Shown here piece after piece: positions 14,409 to 28,560 of a stretch of 64,000 nucleotides of DNA. Below the pieces are notes generated by a model, which was not told the origin of the DNA, searched no databases, and saw only the letters and a list, made by a program, of their open reading frames with translations. Source of the DNA: Octopus vulgaris (taxonomy: Eukaryota); contig OX597820.1 in NCBI GenBank assembly GCA_951406725.2, forward strand, positions 58,342,001 through 58,406,000. Direction: 5' to 3'. Both the position numbers and the translations under genes were made by a program. How positions within the stretch are numbered: position 1 is the first letter of the stretch; each line of letters begins with the position of its first letter.

Positions 14409-15068
14409 CGCTACTGGGAAATCTTTGTCCGTTGGTGTTATTTTTCTGTGCATTTAATACTACACAATCTAGAAGAGATGCTTTCTCGAGACCAAAACCA
14501 CAGTTTAGAAGGTTTTCAACCTTATAAACTGTATATATGTAATTTTAAATATGCATGCAGATCGCTTATACACACACATACACACACACACACATGAATA
14601 AATGAATGGGTGCTTAACCTATTTTACAATACTGTGACTGACCAACTCTCTTATAGTTTGTGTGTGTGTGTGTGTATATGTGTGAGTGTGTGCATACTAT
14701 ATGCTAACATTTCAACACTGTAACTATAATATTCTTTTGCCAACGTTCGTTCGGAATACCGTTAGAACAGTGTCCTCCCCTTTGGCATTTGTCGGTGGAA
14801 AGAACTTTACGTAGCTGTTGCTATTTATTTATTTACGTATATTTATTTTACATAACGTGTTCCTTTGTTGGAATTGAATTCTTTCAGAGAAATTGAATCC
14901 TTCCGCCTGACACCACATAGAGGTAGGAACATTACCAGGCTATTGATATTAGCGTTTTGTTTTCTTTGTCTTTTTGTTACTTTTTATTGTTGTTGTAGTA
15001 CAAAAGTAAGAAACGAGAAATGTATGTCGTCTGCATTTTGGGAATAATAACATTTGAAAGAATCACAC

Positions 15069-15110
15069 GAGATTCTAGTAGATGAGAAGACGGGTGGAAT
15101 TTAGACATTC
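15069..15110 (-). CDS. Candidate 42-nt symmetric exon (phase 1-1)
   Basis: Long pyrimidine tract ctcttatttttatttctcttctaaag, frame (G)MSKFHPSSHLLES, weak donor gtgtga. Confidence 0.25.
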
Positions 15111-15375
15111 CTTTAGAAGAGAAATAAAAATAAGAGAGAAAAGAATACTTCGCTCTTTTGTGCAAAAGTAGGATCTTGTTTACGATTCCTTCCTTGCTTA
15201 TGATTAAGTTCGACCAACTGTTTTAACATGTTTCTATGTTGATGATGTTTGTAGACTTGCAAGCATACGTATACATACATACATACATATATATATACAC
15301 ACGCACGCACACACATACATATGTGTTAGTGCGCTTGAATTTGAGGTGAGAATGTAGTAGAAAATGAAACATATC

Positions 15376-15407
<32 letters not shown>

Positions 15408-17009
15408 GTGTATGTATACTTATACACATATGTGTGTGTATGTATATATATTTATGTGTGTGTGTGTGTATACGATTAACTATCAATGTGTGTCAGTATC
15501 TATACCCATGCAAGCATATGTGCATCATCCGTGCATCATGCATACACACCACACACACACACACCCAAATACATGTATAAATGCATACACACGCACACAC
15601 ACACAGACACACATAAACTCATAAAATGCACATACATATATACATACATATGTGTATTCATGTATATTCCATAAAAATGTATAACGATACATATACATAC
15701 ATGCAAATATATACAATTATACATTCATTTTACACACATATATATACACACATACGTGCATTCATGTATGGTTATAAAAATGTATATAGACACATATACA
15801 TACATACACACACACACACATATACATACTTACATGCACACACAATTATACATTCATTTTACGCACACATATATATGTATACCCGTACGTACATTCACAT
15901 ATAGTTATACACCTATATATGAGCATATATATATACATACACTCATACACCCACATGCATCACATACTTCTATAAATTGAACACTATCGAAGCGAACATT
16001 CCACACTATCGTCTGTCGGGTGTTTGGTTGCTGTTTCCTGGCTCCAACTTCTTTGCTAGCTAATTTCTGTAAAATCATTGTTGAACATGTAGAAGCTTCT
16101 CGAAGACAGCTAGTCATCACATGTCAGACACCAACTTATACGGTTAAAAAAAATAGTAAAAGCATTTTTTTGAAAAATATTTTCTATACCGTTTTGGCTT
16201 TGCTGTGTATCGTTTGGAATATTTATTTAGACATTTAGACATATATAGGTGAATACAGGCAAAGAGAAACGAGCAGGAAGAGGCAGAGAAAATGTATAGC
16301 GAAAAGAAAAAGATGTACTTTAAATAAGTAAAGAGGGAAATAAGAGAGAGAGAAAGAAAGACTTATGGAACGTAAGCAGAGAGGAAGAGACACATTCAGA
16401 GGAAGAAGTAGTCATACGTGGGCTAAGAAAAAGAATGAGGGGAAAGGAGAAAATCTCATGTCAATAGATAAAAGGAGATATTAAGTAACAACCAGACGAC
16501 ATAAGAAAAATATACATATAAAGAATTAAACTGAGAGCCAATGGAGAGAGAGCTAGAGAGAGAGGTTTGGAGAGTGGAGTCTAGTCAGTGATAACGTTAG
16601 TGACAAAGAAAAACGGCAAACGAACCGGTGGGTAGAAATTGAGACAAAAAAATGTCACAAATTTTGTGGGGTCAAAGAGCAGACAAAAACAAACAAAATG
16701 GTGGAATGTGACTGAAAGACAGGAAGATAAAATATACAAGATTAATTAAGTTAGACATTGTCTAATTACTTCGTCAAGAACTTCCGAAATTACTATATTG
16801 CATATGAATTATTTAATCTAGTTAATGCATGTTTAGTCTAAAGAGCGTTCTGTTACTTACAGCAGATATGTTGCTATCAAATTTACATCATTCTTCACAG
16901 CACAGACAACACACTGCAACAAACTGCAATATATTTCCACTCAAAATAATGAATGATAGGCTATTTACGTATATCAAAATTATCGCTTATATATTTGAAT
17001 CTACAGTCA

Positions 17010-17310
17010 ACCAGATGCCCTCCTCGTGTCCAGTTGCCGGCTTGTCAAGACCTTTCAGTTCCGTTTTATGAAGCATGCATACAGCCAACTCTTGTTTCCA
17101 GTCATTCTTTTTATATCGTCAGACCACAAATGTCTTTGACTGCTCTCTTGCTCTTTCCCGCCACACTTCCTGTCAGGGTGGTCTTGGACAGGAATTCGTG
17201 GTGCATTATATGTCCAAAATATAACGGCTTCGTAAACTTGATTTTCAACAGTAGCTATCTTTGGACTTTCAGCTTTTCTAGTACCATACCGTTTGTTTTC
17301 CTGTCTCTTT
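17010..17310 (-). mobile_element. RTE/BovB-like LINE 3' fragment
   Basis: TNGMVLEKLKVQR*LLLKIKFTKPLYFGHIMHHEFLSKTTLTGSVAGKSKR...WSDDIK matches the RTE C-terminal YFGHIMR...GKRKRGR...W.DDIK pattern. Confidence 0.75.
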
Positions 17311-17324
17311 AACTAACTTTATTA

Positions 17325-17372
<48 letters not shown>

Positions 17373-18765
17373 TCACTGGCTGGAATCGAACTCAAAGCTT
17401 CTATCTTCGCCATTGCTGCGTACATTGCCCAATTATGCCTTTTGAGATAAAAATCTTGTGTGTGTGTGTGTGTCCCCGCGTGTGTGTATAATCCATTTGC
17501 AAACGTAATACCATTTGTTTTATTGTTCTATGCAACGGCTTATCAAGGTTTTTTTCTCTCCGCAGACAGAAATTGCGCGCGCGAGCAGGGAGCCCTCGAT
17601 GCGTCGAACTCAGTTGCGACAACCCGAAACTTAGCTTCAAGTAATACTAAAGTATACACACACACACACACATAACACATACATAGACCCATGCATATAC
17701 ACATACACATACACTCACACAAACATGCAAACAAGTGTAGGAATGTAGTTGGGCTGATACGGAAGTCTGTTACTCTGGAGTTTACCAGACCTGTATATAT
17801 ATTTTCAGGCATAAAAAATGCCTGGCTCAGTTTTTCCCGCCCTGTGAACCAGCAACACGTCAGAAAACATCCGAATAATAGAATACTGGACTAAGCAATC
17901 AATGTATACGATGTGTGTGTGTGTGTATGCGTGAGTAAGTGTGTACATACAGAGCCCTCTTCCACACGTACATACAAACTCTCTTATACACACGCACGCG
18001 CACCTTCATTTTGGAATCACCACCACTTTATTATCGCCCCTTCTCCTTAGCTCTCCTGTGTGACCCTTCTGTCCGGCCTTCTGAGTTCAAATTGGCCCAA
18101 GGGATTTTGCCTTTTATTTTCCTTTTGCGATCGATAAAATAAGTATCAGTTAAGCACTGGAGTCGATGTAATCAACTTCCCCGCCCTCCATAATTTCTGG
18201 CCTTGTGCCAAAATTTGAAACCAAATTTTGTCCCGTAAAAATGAGCGACTTGCAGAAGCTAACGGATTCAAGCTATTTTCGAACTCGAAACAAGCCGAAT
18301 AGCTAGACATCCTCGACTTCGGCCAGCCATCATGTGATGTGTGTTAAGTGCCAAGTGAACTACTTTAACTTTGGCCTCCGGCCAAAACATTTCTGCAGAG
18401 ACACATAATAAATTTGTACGCAATGAATTTAATGATTGCTGAATATTTATATACAAGGAGGACAGACGGTGACAGCTTATCGACTGGCTATCGATCAAGC
18501 TGGTTGATTGTTAAGGATGGACGTTAATTAATTCAACGACATTGAATGGAACCGGAAAAGAGTTTTGAATTTAGAAATAGTGACAAATAATACCGACCGG
18601 TTAAATGAAACAAAATGTGTCACATCGTTGAAAGAGAAATTTTAATTCGGAATCCTCACAGATTTATGGAAAACATGATATATGTAGTATTAATTATATA
18701 GTACTGCACACATGCGCACGAACGCGAGCTAACATACACACACACACACACGCACACACATACGC

Positions 18766-18877
18766 GTATATATACATATATATATACATATATATATATA
18801 TATACATACATATATATATATACATATATATATATACATACATATATATATACATATATATATACATATATATATAC

Positions 18878-18926
<49 letters not shown>

Positions 18927-19089
18927 TACATATACATATATACATATATATATACATATATACATATACATATATACATATATATATACATATACATATA
19001 TATATATACATACATACATATATATATATACATACATATATATATATATATATACATACATATATATATATACATACATATATATATAT

Positions 19090-19128
<39 letters not shown>

Positions 19129-19143
19129 CATATATATATATAT

Positions 19144-19214
<71 letters not shown>

Positions 19215-19255
19215 TATATACATGCATATATATATATACATATATATATATACAC
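18766..19255. repeat. ~490-bp compound (TA)n/(TACA)n microsatellite; many shorter (CA)n, (TA)n, (CT)n, (CATA)n and (ATT)n tracts occur across the window
   Basis: Directly visible; these tracts explain the poly-YI, poly-HT and poly-CV pseudo-ORFs. Confidence 0.97.
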
Positions 19256-19865
19256 ACACAAACTCTATTGCTTAATTTGGTGTGGTGTGTGTATGCATAT
19301 GTCTAAATGTGGGGTTCGGCATACGAATGGGGAGCGTGCATACACATGTATGTGTGTGTTAGAGTTTGCAAAAAAAAAGAAAAGCTTTCAATAAAGAGGT
19401 AGGGTGTAATTATTTATAGCAGAGGAGAAATTACTGCTACTATACAGAGTTACACGTTTATTAATTTAAAATAGATTTACTTATATGCGAACAATAGTAA
19501 ACTCGAGACAAGGCAGTAGTGGCGTAAACGTTAACACCATATCATTTAATATACACAGGATTTAAATGTGAGCTGCTATAAGATTAATGCTCAGACAGTA
19601 GCGTGATTGGGCAAGCATGTATAGTGTGACCTGTGCTATCCTGAAATTGTTCAAGCTCAAAAATAAATATAGTGGCTCTCTGAAAAAAAAGAAAGCGAGA
19701 ATGAACGAGGATAAAAAATGACCTTTTGACAATTAGATTTCAAAATCTCAGTATTTATAAACCTCAGTGGAGCTGATTTCTTAGACGCTCCCCTGGATCA
19801 AATAAACTCCACCATAAACCTACCAATAACGAAACAGTGCACTATGTGTGTGTGTGTGTGATAGG

Positions 19866-19923
<58 letters not shown>

Positions 19924-20192
19924 AGAGAGAGGGGAGACAATGACAGACAGAGTGAAAACGTATGGCCTAGTTGTTAGGGCGTAGCACTCAGAATCGTGAG
20001 ATCGGGACTACGATTCCTGGGTCGGGCAGTACATTGTGTTCTTGAACAAAATATCTCATATCACGTTGCTCTGCGATCACTTTTACATCTGCCATGCGGC
20101 ATAACGTTCACCCGTATAAGCAATATCGATTTACTGGAGGCATTGAACTAAATCGCAGCACAAACATTTCCTCATTATAAATAAACCTCGAG

Positions 20193-20249
<57 letters not shown>

Positions 20250-20250
<1 letters not shown>

Positions 20251-20440
20251 TTACATTATTTATATTTGACAGATATTTGTCCTCATCTTGTTTGTTGCTA
20301 ACACAACGTTTCGGCTGATATGCCCTCCAGCCTTCATTAGGTGTCTCGGGGAAATTTCGAACCTGGGTTCGAAAATGAGGACAAATATCTGTCAATTGTA
20401 AATAATGTACATAATTCCTTATCTCTTAAATATAGAACTG
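20250..20440 (-). mobile_element. Penelope-like terminal remnant with a degenerate hammerhead
   Basis: GACAC-CUAAUGA-A-GGCUG..CAGCC-GAAAC-GUU-GUGUU at 20300-20345 (G5 mutated), plus an inverted partial repeat (gacagatatttgtcctcat versus atgaggacaaatatctgtc) typical of Penelope ends. Confidence 0.55.
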
Positions 20441-20443
20441 TAT

Positions 20444-20480
<37 letters not shown>

Positions 20481-20482
<2 letters not shown>

Positions 20483-22582
20483 TAGCATTATGACCCGGCG
20501 TTGCCGGGTCATAGTGCTAGTTTGGAGTATATTTGTTAAATTAAAAATTCGGGGTAATAAAATATACAATGACATATTAAAAAGACGAATTAAAATTTCG
20601 GAGATGCACCAATTAATATGAAACATATCATATATTTAAAATTGACACTCTCCTCGTCAGGATGGTTTTTACACACAACACAAATACACGGAAACAAATG
20701 CACAATTACATACCTGCTACATGCGAAAGACCAGACATTACGTACTCCCCAAAATTCTCATAGATACTGAATGCTACTTTATAAGTATATAATTCAATTT
20801 AGCAGCTATAGTAAATAGTATGCGCACAACTCCATCTGGACTAATTCACTTCTGCACTGAATTAAATTTTTCATCTTTTAACTTCTCCCATTCATGCAAA
20901 GCCACATATTCGAGTTCAAGTCCTTGATACATTTTATACTAATTGCTATTTTTTCTTTTAATTGTTATATTACGATTTAATTACCATTTTAATAAAATAA
21001 AATATATTTAATTACTACTTACTATATTTACTATATTTAATTCAATTGTTATTATTACCTCTAACATTTATTGCAATTTTTATTTCTAAATTTCTTATGG
21101 AACGTCGAGTGGATCTTATGCGTACAATATATTTTTGTATGATGTTTATATATTTATACTAGCATTAAAGACCCGTCGTTGCCGGGTCATAGTGCTAGTG
21201 CATGTATATATGTGTATATATATGTGTACATATTACATGTACATCTATATATATATACATCTACACATAAAATACAAAATACAAAGTTATATCTTGATAT
21301 CGCTAGTGATAACAATACTCAAAATATATAACAGACTGGAAGTGTTAGCCCGTCTATTGTGATTTCGATCAATTGTATCTTGTCCTCCCTCTTGTTTAGA
21401 AGTGTGGCTACAATCCAGCCTACCTCTACTTCTGGGGGGGGGGGGCATTTAAAATTTTTTTCCGGGACGTCCTACGTCCTAGATATAGAGGTAAAAATAA
21501 AATATTTCCACTTTGCAAGTTCGAGTCGAGTACTCCCTTGCACGCTCCGTTGACTCGAACCTTGCTTCTATTGTGGCGAAATTACCGCCTCTGATTAGAT
21601 ACCTTTCATAGTCGCACCAAGACACTTTTCGAAGGTGCTTTCGTCCATGTGTTCAAATCTTTTTTCTCTACATTGTATACTTTATAGACAATAGTCTTTT
21701 CTTTAATTTAATTTTTTATTATCCATCTGGACTATTCCATTTCTGCACGCTAATTTTATTTTTAATTTATTCCCATTCATGTGAAACCACTTATTCAAGT
21801 TCAAGTCATTGATGCAATTTTATACCAATTGCTATTTTACTTTTGTTATGTTACGATTATATTATACTTTAGTTTGATTTTAATTATTACTTACTACATA
21901 TAATTCAATTGTTATTATTATTTTTATTGTTAAAGTGAAAGTATCTGACATAAAATAGAGAAACGTTTTTGTTTCACTTTTAACATGTAATACTGAAATA
22001 GTGGAGAAGATATGATATTGCTATGGGCTCGCTCTAGGCAAGAAGTTGAACATTTTTTTTGCCCATGAAACTACATGGACCATAAGTAAGGCATGTGTAA
22101 AATTTGAATGGAATTAGTTGTGTAGTTCTCAAGCTTTAGGGAATCGTAGTGGAGAAGATATGATATTGCTGTGGGCTCGCCCTAGGCAAAGTGCCGCTGG
22201 CACTCTCTGGACCCTAAGTAAGGCATGTGTAAAATTTGAATGAAATTGGTTGTGTAGTTCTCAAGTTTTAGGGAAACACACAGACAGATAGATAGACAGA
22301 CAGACAGACACACATTCTCAGTTTTATATATATATAAAGATATTACTATATACTTCTAAACGTCGGGCTTTATGTTTGTTCTGTAGATATAAATGAATAT
22401 ATGAATATAGGTATGTGTTTGATCTTTCTGTGGATTTTGAAGTGCTCTTGTAGTTGCTGCTCGCATTGCCTCCCCTCGGATTAAAATGTGTATACAGCTC
22501 ATTTGAGCACTACTATTCCAGTCTGTTATATATTTTGAGCGTTGTTGTCACTCACGATCTCAAGATATATCTTTATATTTTG

Positions 22583-22633
<51 letters not shown>

Positions 22634-22895
22634 CATATACATACAATAGAGAGATGTGTTTGCTTCGCTTTTAACACGTAATATTGAAATAGGGGAGAAT
22701 ATATGATATTGCTGTGGGCTCGCCTTAGGCAAAAAGTTTTAAATTTTTTGCCGATGGCACTCTCTGGACCCTAAGTAAGGCATGTGTAAAATTTGAATGA
22801 AATTGGTTGTGTAGTTCTCAAGTTTTAGGGAAACACACAGACAGATAGATAGACAGACAGACGGACACACATTCTCAGTTTTATATATAGAGAGA
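20481..22895 (-). mobile_element. Composite/tandem Helitron-like array
   Basis: Two palindromic CTAG 3' ends (20481-20521, 21158-21199), two TC..TATATATAAAACTGAGAATGTG 5' ends (~22340, ~22895), three copies of a gaagatatgatattgctrtgggctcgc subrepeat, and a duplicated AT-rich block (~20830-21070 versus ~21722-21930). Confidence 0.65.
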
Positions 22896-22984
22896 TATTT
22901 ATACTTATATATATATGAATATATATATGATTATACTTATATATATACTTATATATATATATACATTTATATATATATACATTT

Positions 22985-23034
<50 letters not shown>

Positions 23035-23156
23035 CAAAATGGGACAAGAACGCGAAACATCCGGACATGATACAAAAAGGGGACAACAAAACATCCAGAT
23101 AGACGATACAAAGAAAACAAGGACATCGTCTATCTAGAGGTTTTGTTGTCCTAGCG

Positions 23157-23187
<31 letters not shown>

Positions 23188-24211
23188 CGTATACATAACA
23201 TATATATATAGTCAATTCAAAAACGCACTGTGAGAAAGAAAAAGAAAAAATAAACGATGTATAATAAGACGCTTAGAGAAAGAAAAGAGTAGTAGTTTTA
23301 CGTTTCGAACATAGCTTTTCTGTGAAGACAAGTAAAACAGCGAAGTTCAAGATGTAGGAGGAAATAAATCGCCAACAATCACGTGCGGTTACATTTTTGA
23401 AGTGACTGAAGCTGAAAGAATGAAGAGATAGTGCTTTCTGGGATAGCAGAGTGTGAAAATAGTTAATGTGTGTGTGGTTGTGCGTGTATGTATCGTAGCG
23501 TGTGTCTGTGGCAGTAACTGCGTGTGTGTTTGTATGGTAGCGTGTGTGTGTGGTAGCGTGTACGCGTGTGTGGTATGTGTGTGAATGTTTGTGTTTGTAT
23601 GCGTAGTCTGCGTGTGTGTGTGTGTGTGCACGTGCGTGGTAGGATCTGTGTGCGTGTGTGTTAAAGTCGCTCTGAGAGGTCAGAATCTATAGTGACAAGC
23701 GTGTGAATGGGTGGGTGTGGCAGTGTGAGTGTGTGTATGTGAGCGTGTGTGAGTGTGTGTGCTCGCATGTGTACGTAGATGTAAAGGTCAATAGTGAGTC
23801 AGAGATATTTCATTTTATACAACATCCTGTGATGCATCTGGACACATCGCCAGTGATGTTTCCTGTGATCATTAGGTGTTTCGGGTCTTCCAATAATCAG
23901 ACATGCTCACACAGTTGACCCAACTACGGTTTTACTATTTCCAGTCAAAGTATTGTGACCGGATGTCCTTATCGGTGGTCTGGTAATAATAAAATGCGGA
24001 TAAGAAGCACTAAGCAGTGATGTGTCCAATTATAAATTTCTTCCCAATACAAATGTGCTTGAGACATATTCGAACTCATAAGAAAACCAGTCACTACAAT
24101 TTATCATGGAGAAAAAAATTTTGCTGTCGACAAAAAGGTGTAACCACACCGAGTCAGTCCAGAGCGCCCCCTACCCAGATCAATTAATGCGTTCATTTCG
24201 GAGTAGTTATT

Positions 24212-24293
<82 letters not shown>

Positions 24294-24369
24294 GTATAAT
24301 AGCTGAAGATTAGCATCACGCTTGAAACTCGGAGTACCAACCAACGAATTTGAATCAAACTGTTTTGAT

Positions 24370-24451
<82 letters not shown>

Positions 24452-24717
24452 CCGGTGGTTTGCCGTGGTATATATCCGGTGGTCATTGGACTGCGGCTAT
24501 GCTGGGGTACTGCCTTGAAGGGATTTAGTTGAAAAAGTTGGAGTCAGCCTTTTTTTTAAAGCCTGGTAGAATTTTTTTTTTTTTTGCCGAATCACGAACT
24601 TACGGAGACGAAAACAAATGAAGACCCTATTGTTAAGCAGAATAGGGAAAATACAAATTCACACACACACACATACATACATACATACATACATACATAC
24701 ATACATACATACATACA

Positions 24718-24748
<31 letters not shown>

Positions 24749-24983
24749 TCACTCACAGGCCATTAGCTGGTCAGGTGCTATCAAAGTGTCTTACTCAGTG
24801 AGATTTAAATCGGACAAACAGCCATGCCTGTATTGAGTCTAAGCTAAACAAACGGATCACGTATTATTGAATATCATGAAGCAGGTCAGGTCTGAATGTG
24901 TCGACGTTCGAGAGAGCATTACTGTCTTTGTAAGACAATTCTTTTACGCAAACTTAGGCTAAACCGATAAAAATTGTATCTAA

Positions 24984-25046
<63 letters not shown>

Positions 25047-25093
25047 ATATGGGATTAACAACTGCTTTATCGACACTTTACCTTCTGTTTCAG

Positions 25094-25168
25094 ATACTCA
25101 ACACTATTACAAACAGATGCAAAAGAAATCAGAAATATGCTTTTTCAATTTATCATTTTCGTGAAGAA
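25094..25168 (+). other. Candidate 75-nt plus-strand exon, antisense to the cyclase gene
   Basis: Acceptor ttaccttctgtttcag and donor GAA|GTGAGT; length divisible by 3; two frames are open. No partner exon identified. Confidence 0.3.
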
Positions 25169-26599
25169 GTGAGTACTACTCAAAACCAACTTACTTATGT
25201 TTAGGCCGCGAGATTTTAGTCGCTCATACTTTCTTCCTCTCATTCTATCTTTCTTTCCTCTTTTCTCTGATGCTATTGCTATTAAATTTCAACCTCGAAA
25301 AGAAGCTATATTTTTTTTTCCTCCGCCTACCCAAGTTCTATTAAATCTGGATTACAAAGAGATTTAAATTTTCAACATATTTCATTTAGACATATCGTAT
25401 ATAATTATAATAATTTCCGCTTCAGTTATTCCCATTACATTCGACTGAAACGCCAAAAACAACAAAAAAAACAAAAAACTGGCAACGATCTGTTGCCACA
25501 CACATCGCTAAATCTAAAAGTACAAACTTTTCTGAATGTCTTTTACAGTTTCCGAACTGAGAGGAAAGAAAACCAATTTGATTTCTTGCCAACTAATTAT
25601 TTTTTCTCTTAATGAATTTCACCCATGTGATATGTAACTTGCCTTAGCTCAAAGAGAAAGAATATGTACATTTCAGACATTATGGTTTGAGGTTCGAACT
25701 CTACGCAGGTAGATGGCTGTGTTGTTAAGAAACTCGCTTTGCGGCCACGTGGATTCGGAATCAGTCCCACTTCGCGGCACCATGAGTGTCTTCTACAATT
25801 GTTTCAGACCGACCAGTACCCCACGTGTGAATTTGATAAACGTAAACTGTGCGAAGCTTGTTGACTTTTGTGTGTGTGTGTATGTGTGTGTGTGTGTGTA
25901 TGGGTGGGTGCGTGCATGGGTCCTCCAGTACCACTTACCAACGAGTATTTGTTTGTTTGCGTCCCCTTAACATAGCGGTTCGGCAAATCAGACTGCTAGG
26001 GAAAGTACTTTAGAAAAAATAAGTAGTGGGGGGTCGATTCGCTCGGCTAAATCTTTGAAGGCAGTGCCCCAGCACGGCCGCAGTCCAATGACTAAAACAT
26101 GTGGAAATTATTGTGTCTGTTTATGTGAGTTTAGTGTAGCAGTTGTTGTTTAGCCTTAATCAATCACACTAATCTGTAGTCAAAAGTAACTCTACCATCA
26201 TTTTTTTCTTCTCTTTTCAAGTAAATTGTATCTAATTCTACGTTATCTAGTAAAACCTACCTTCTCTCTAACGGTGGAGTGTGTTATGATGATAGATTTG
26301 GTTATTATCTTTAGCAGGTCGAGTAACCATGTTTAAGCTTTCTCGTTGTATGTGTAACAGTACACATGTATAAGTATACATAGCATACGCATCATTTATG
26401 CAGTTACGGTACACGTTTATAGACGTGATGCAAGCGATGTGGTTGAGAAGTTCGTACTCGTAACCACCTGATACCGGGTTTGGTTCCGCTGCAGAGTAGT
26501 TTCGGAATGCGTTTTCTATATGTTTTGTGAGTAACATTTAAATAGAGACGACTGAGCAGAAGCCAGCCGTTGTTGTTGTTGTTGTTGTGTGTGTGTGTT

Positions 26600-27400
26600 A
26601 TAAGGGTTTGGGACTTTGTAAGAACAAGGATTGCCTTAATTGCACTAAAGAAACATCTTATGTTATGCATATCAGTCAGCTGCTGGATTTCGAGTCCCTT
26701 GGCCAACCATCGCTCGTTCTTAATTGCAAATGTTTCTCTCTGAACTGCATATTGCTTTCCTTTTATTCTGTGAGACATTAAATGCCGCTCCCTTTCTGTT
26801 GACCAGATACTTCATTTTCTCTACTCTTCTCAAACCAGTCTTAGTATTTGTTTGCTTGTTTTACTGCGGGGTTGCTGCGAAGCCCAAGGACTCCTGACTG
26901 GCAGTTGAAATACTAGCTTCTATAGTACACCATATTTCCACCAATTGTTCCAGACTCATGAGTAGCAGTTTCTTTCTTTATCTTCACTTAAGAAAATTCA
27001 GCGTTGATTTTCTTCTGACAGTTTCTGCAGCTGGTATCGCTTTAGAGTGAGTTGAATTGCCATGTTAAATTGTATGTGGCAGTTGTCTGTCTACTAATCG
27101 TTAACACCTGTTCTAACGCATGTTTGTAATCTTGACTCTGTCCGATGACATAGATACATATATGCGAGTGCTTGGATTCCGAATGCTACCAGCAACCATT
27201 TTAACTGCGTACTTCTCATGTGTGATGGTGATTACGGAATTGAGCTCCTCGTATTTAATTAGAAGCACAGCATCACTGGAATTAGCCTTTTCCATACTCC
27301 CTTTTCTAAATGCAGCATTGGTTGTCTACTGGAATTGATCACAATCACGCAGCTTCTGCCAGTCTTTCCCAGCATACGAATTTGAAATGAAGGCTGGACC
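26600..27400 (-). mobile_element. Degenerate RTE-clade LINE, AP-endonuclease end and linker
   Basis: Fragments NSYAGKDWQ, KANSSDAVLLIKYEELNSVIT, W*HSESKHSHICIYVI (compare WQHPRSKHWHLIDYVI) and RWLAKGLEIQQLTDMHNIRCFFSAIKAI. Confidence 0.75.
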
Positions 27401-27549
27401 TAAGCAGCGGTGCGTCACTACTCTTAAGCTCTTTTCTGCTTTGCTCTCAGCGCTGCTCACGTCCACTATAAACAAACTCCTGTCGAGTACCCAGAACACG
27501 TACCACACAGATGAGAAACTATTCAAAGTTAGCTGATTCCTTGTCAGAA

Positions 27550-28465
27550 CAAAAGCTTCTACTGCATATGCGAAGGCATATGAGAGTATAGATCTAGTTC
27601 TCAACAGGAATGAAACAAAGGACTTGCATCAACAAGCACCCAACAAGTGGGAAGCTGGTTCAGCAAGTCAGGTACAGGGACTGTTGCTGGAAAGCTTAAT
27701 GCAATTCTAATATCTGAGAAGTTACCTGTCACAGAACCGAGATATGGATGAAGAGATGCAACACTGGATAAAATGCGCCATTGAAACCTTTGGTCGCCAT
27801 AAGAGTATATGAAGATAATGATCAGAGAAAGATGACCAGATTTATGGTGTACAAACCATTTGTATCCATTCTTTTCTACACAGCTCTGAAACTTGGAAAA
27901 GATTATAAAACCATATCTCTACAAGCTGGAATTATTCTACCAAAGATATCAGAAGGACAGCCGGAAGAGAGCAGAGGGAAGAATGCCAGCGTGCTCGAAA
28001 AGCCGACATTGAAACCATGATTAAGCGACATCAGTTTCCATGACTGGTCATGTGTAAATGACGAATGAACGGCTACCCAAAGAATTGTTTTTCCCCACAG
28101 CTGGCATGCGCGAAGGATGAAGGAAACGATTCAAAGATATACTTACTTAAATGTAATTTGAAAAAGTGTAGCATTGATGTGTACGCACAAGGATGTGTAA
28201 GTGTAAGGTGAATAATTGACTCATTTATGATGGAGTACAGCACTTTGATACGACACGAACCGAAGACCTCAATAATGAACGTTAGCATAGAAAGCAGCAC
28301 GAAGTGACCAAAACAGCGACCCTCCTCCAGCAAGACAAATAACGCCCGATCTGCAACCTGACTTGTAGATCCTGGAAATGACCTACATAATAGTCACAAG
28401 CGAGCAGGTGAAAGCTAAATCTGACAGACAATCATCTCTGACCGCGAAGGACTGTCGGTGATGAA
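27550..28465 (+). mobile_element. Degenerate RTE-clade LINE, late RT region to 3' end
   Basis: AYESIDLVLNRNETKDLHQQAP...QF*YLRSYLSQNRDMDEEMQHWIKCAIETFGR resembles FGLTINTKKTVVMHQP...FTYLGSTLS..IDEEV..RI.KA..AFGRL; a later RLPKELFF motif also fits. Confidence 0.75.
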
Positions 28466-28524
28466 GATATATATCGATATGCGTGCAGGTTTGTGTGCGT
28501 TGCTCTCTCTCTTTCCTTCTCTCT

Positions 28525-28560
<36 letters not shown>

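Noticed and set aside
18656-19261. Long ORFs of poly-YI/MY, and similar poly-HT, poly-CV and poly-ER ORFs throughout the track
   Set aside because: These are translations of stop-free microsatellites, not genes.
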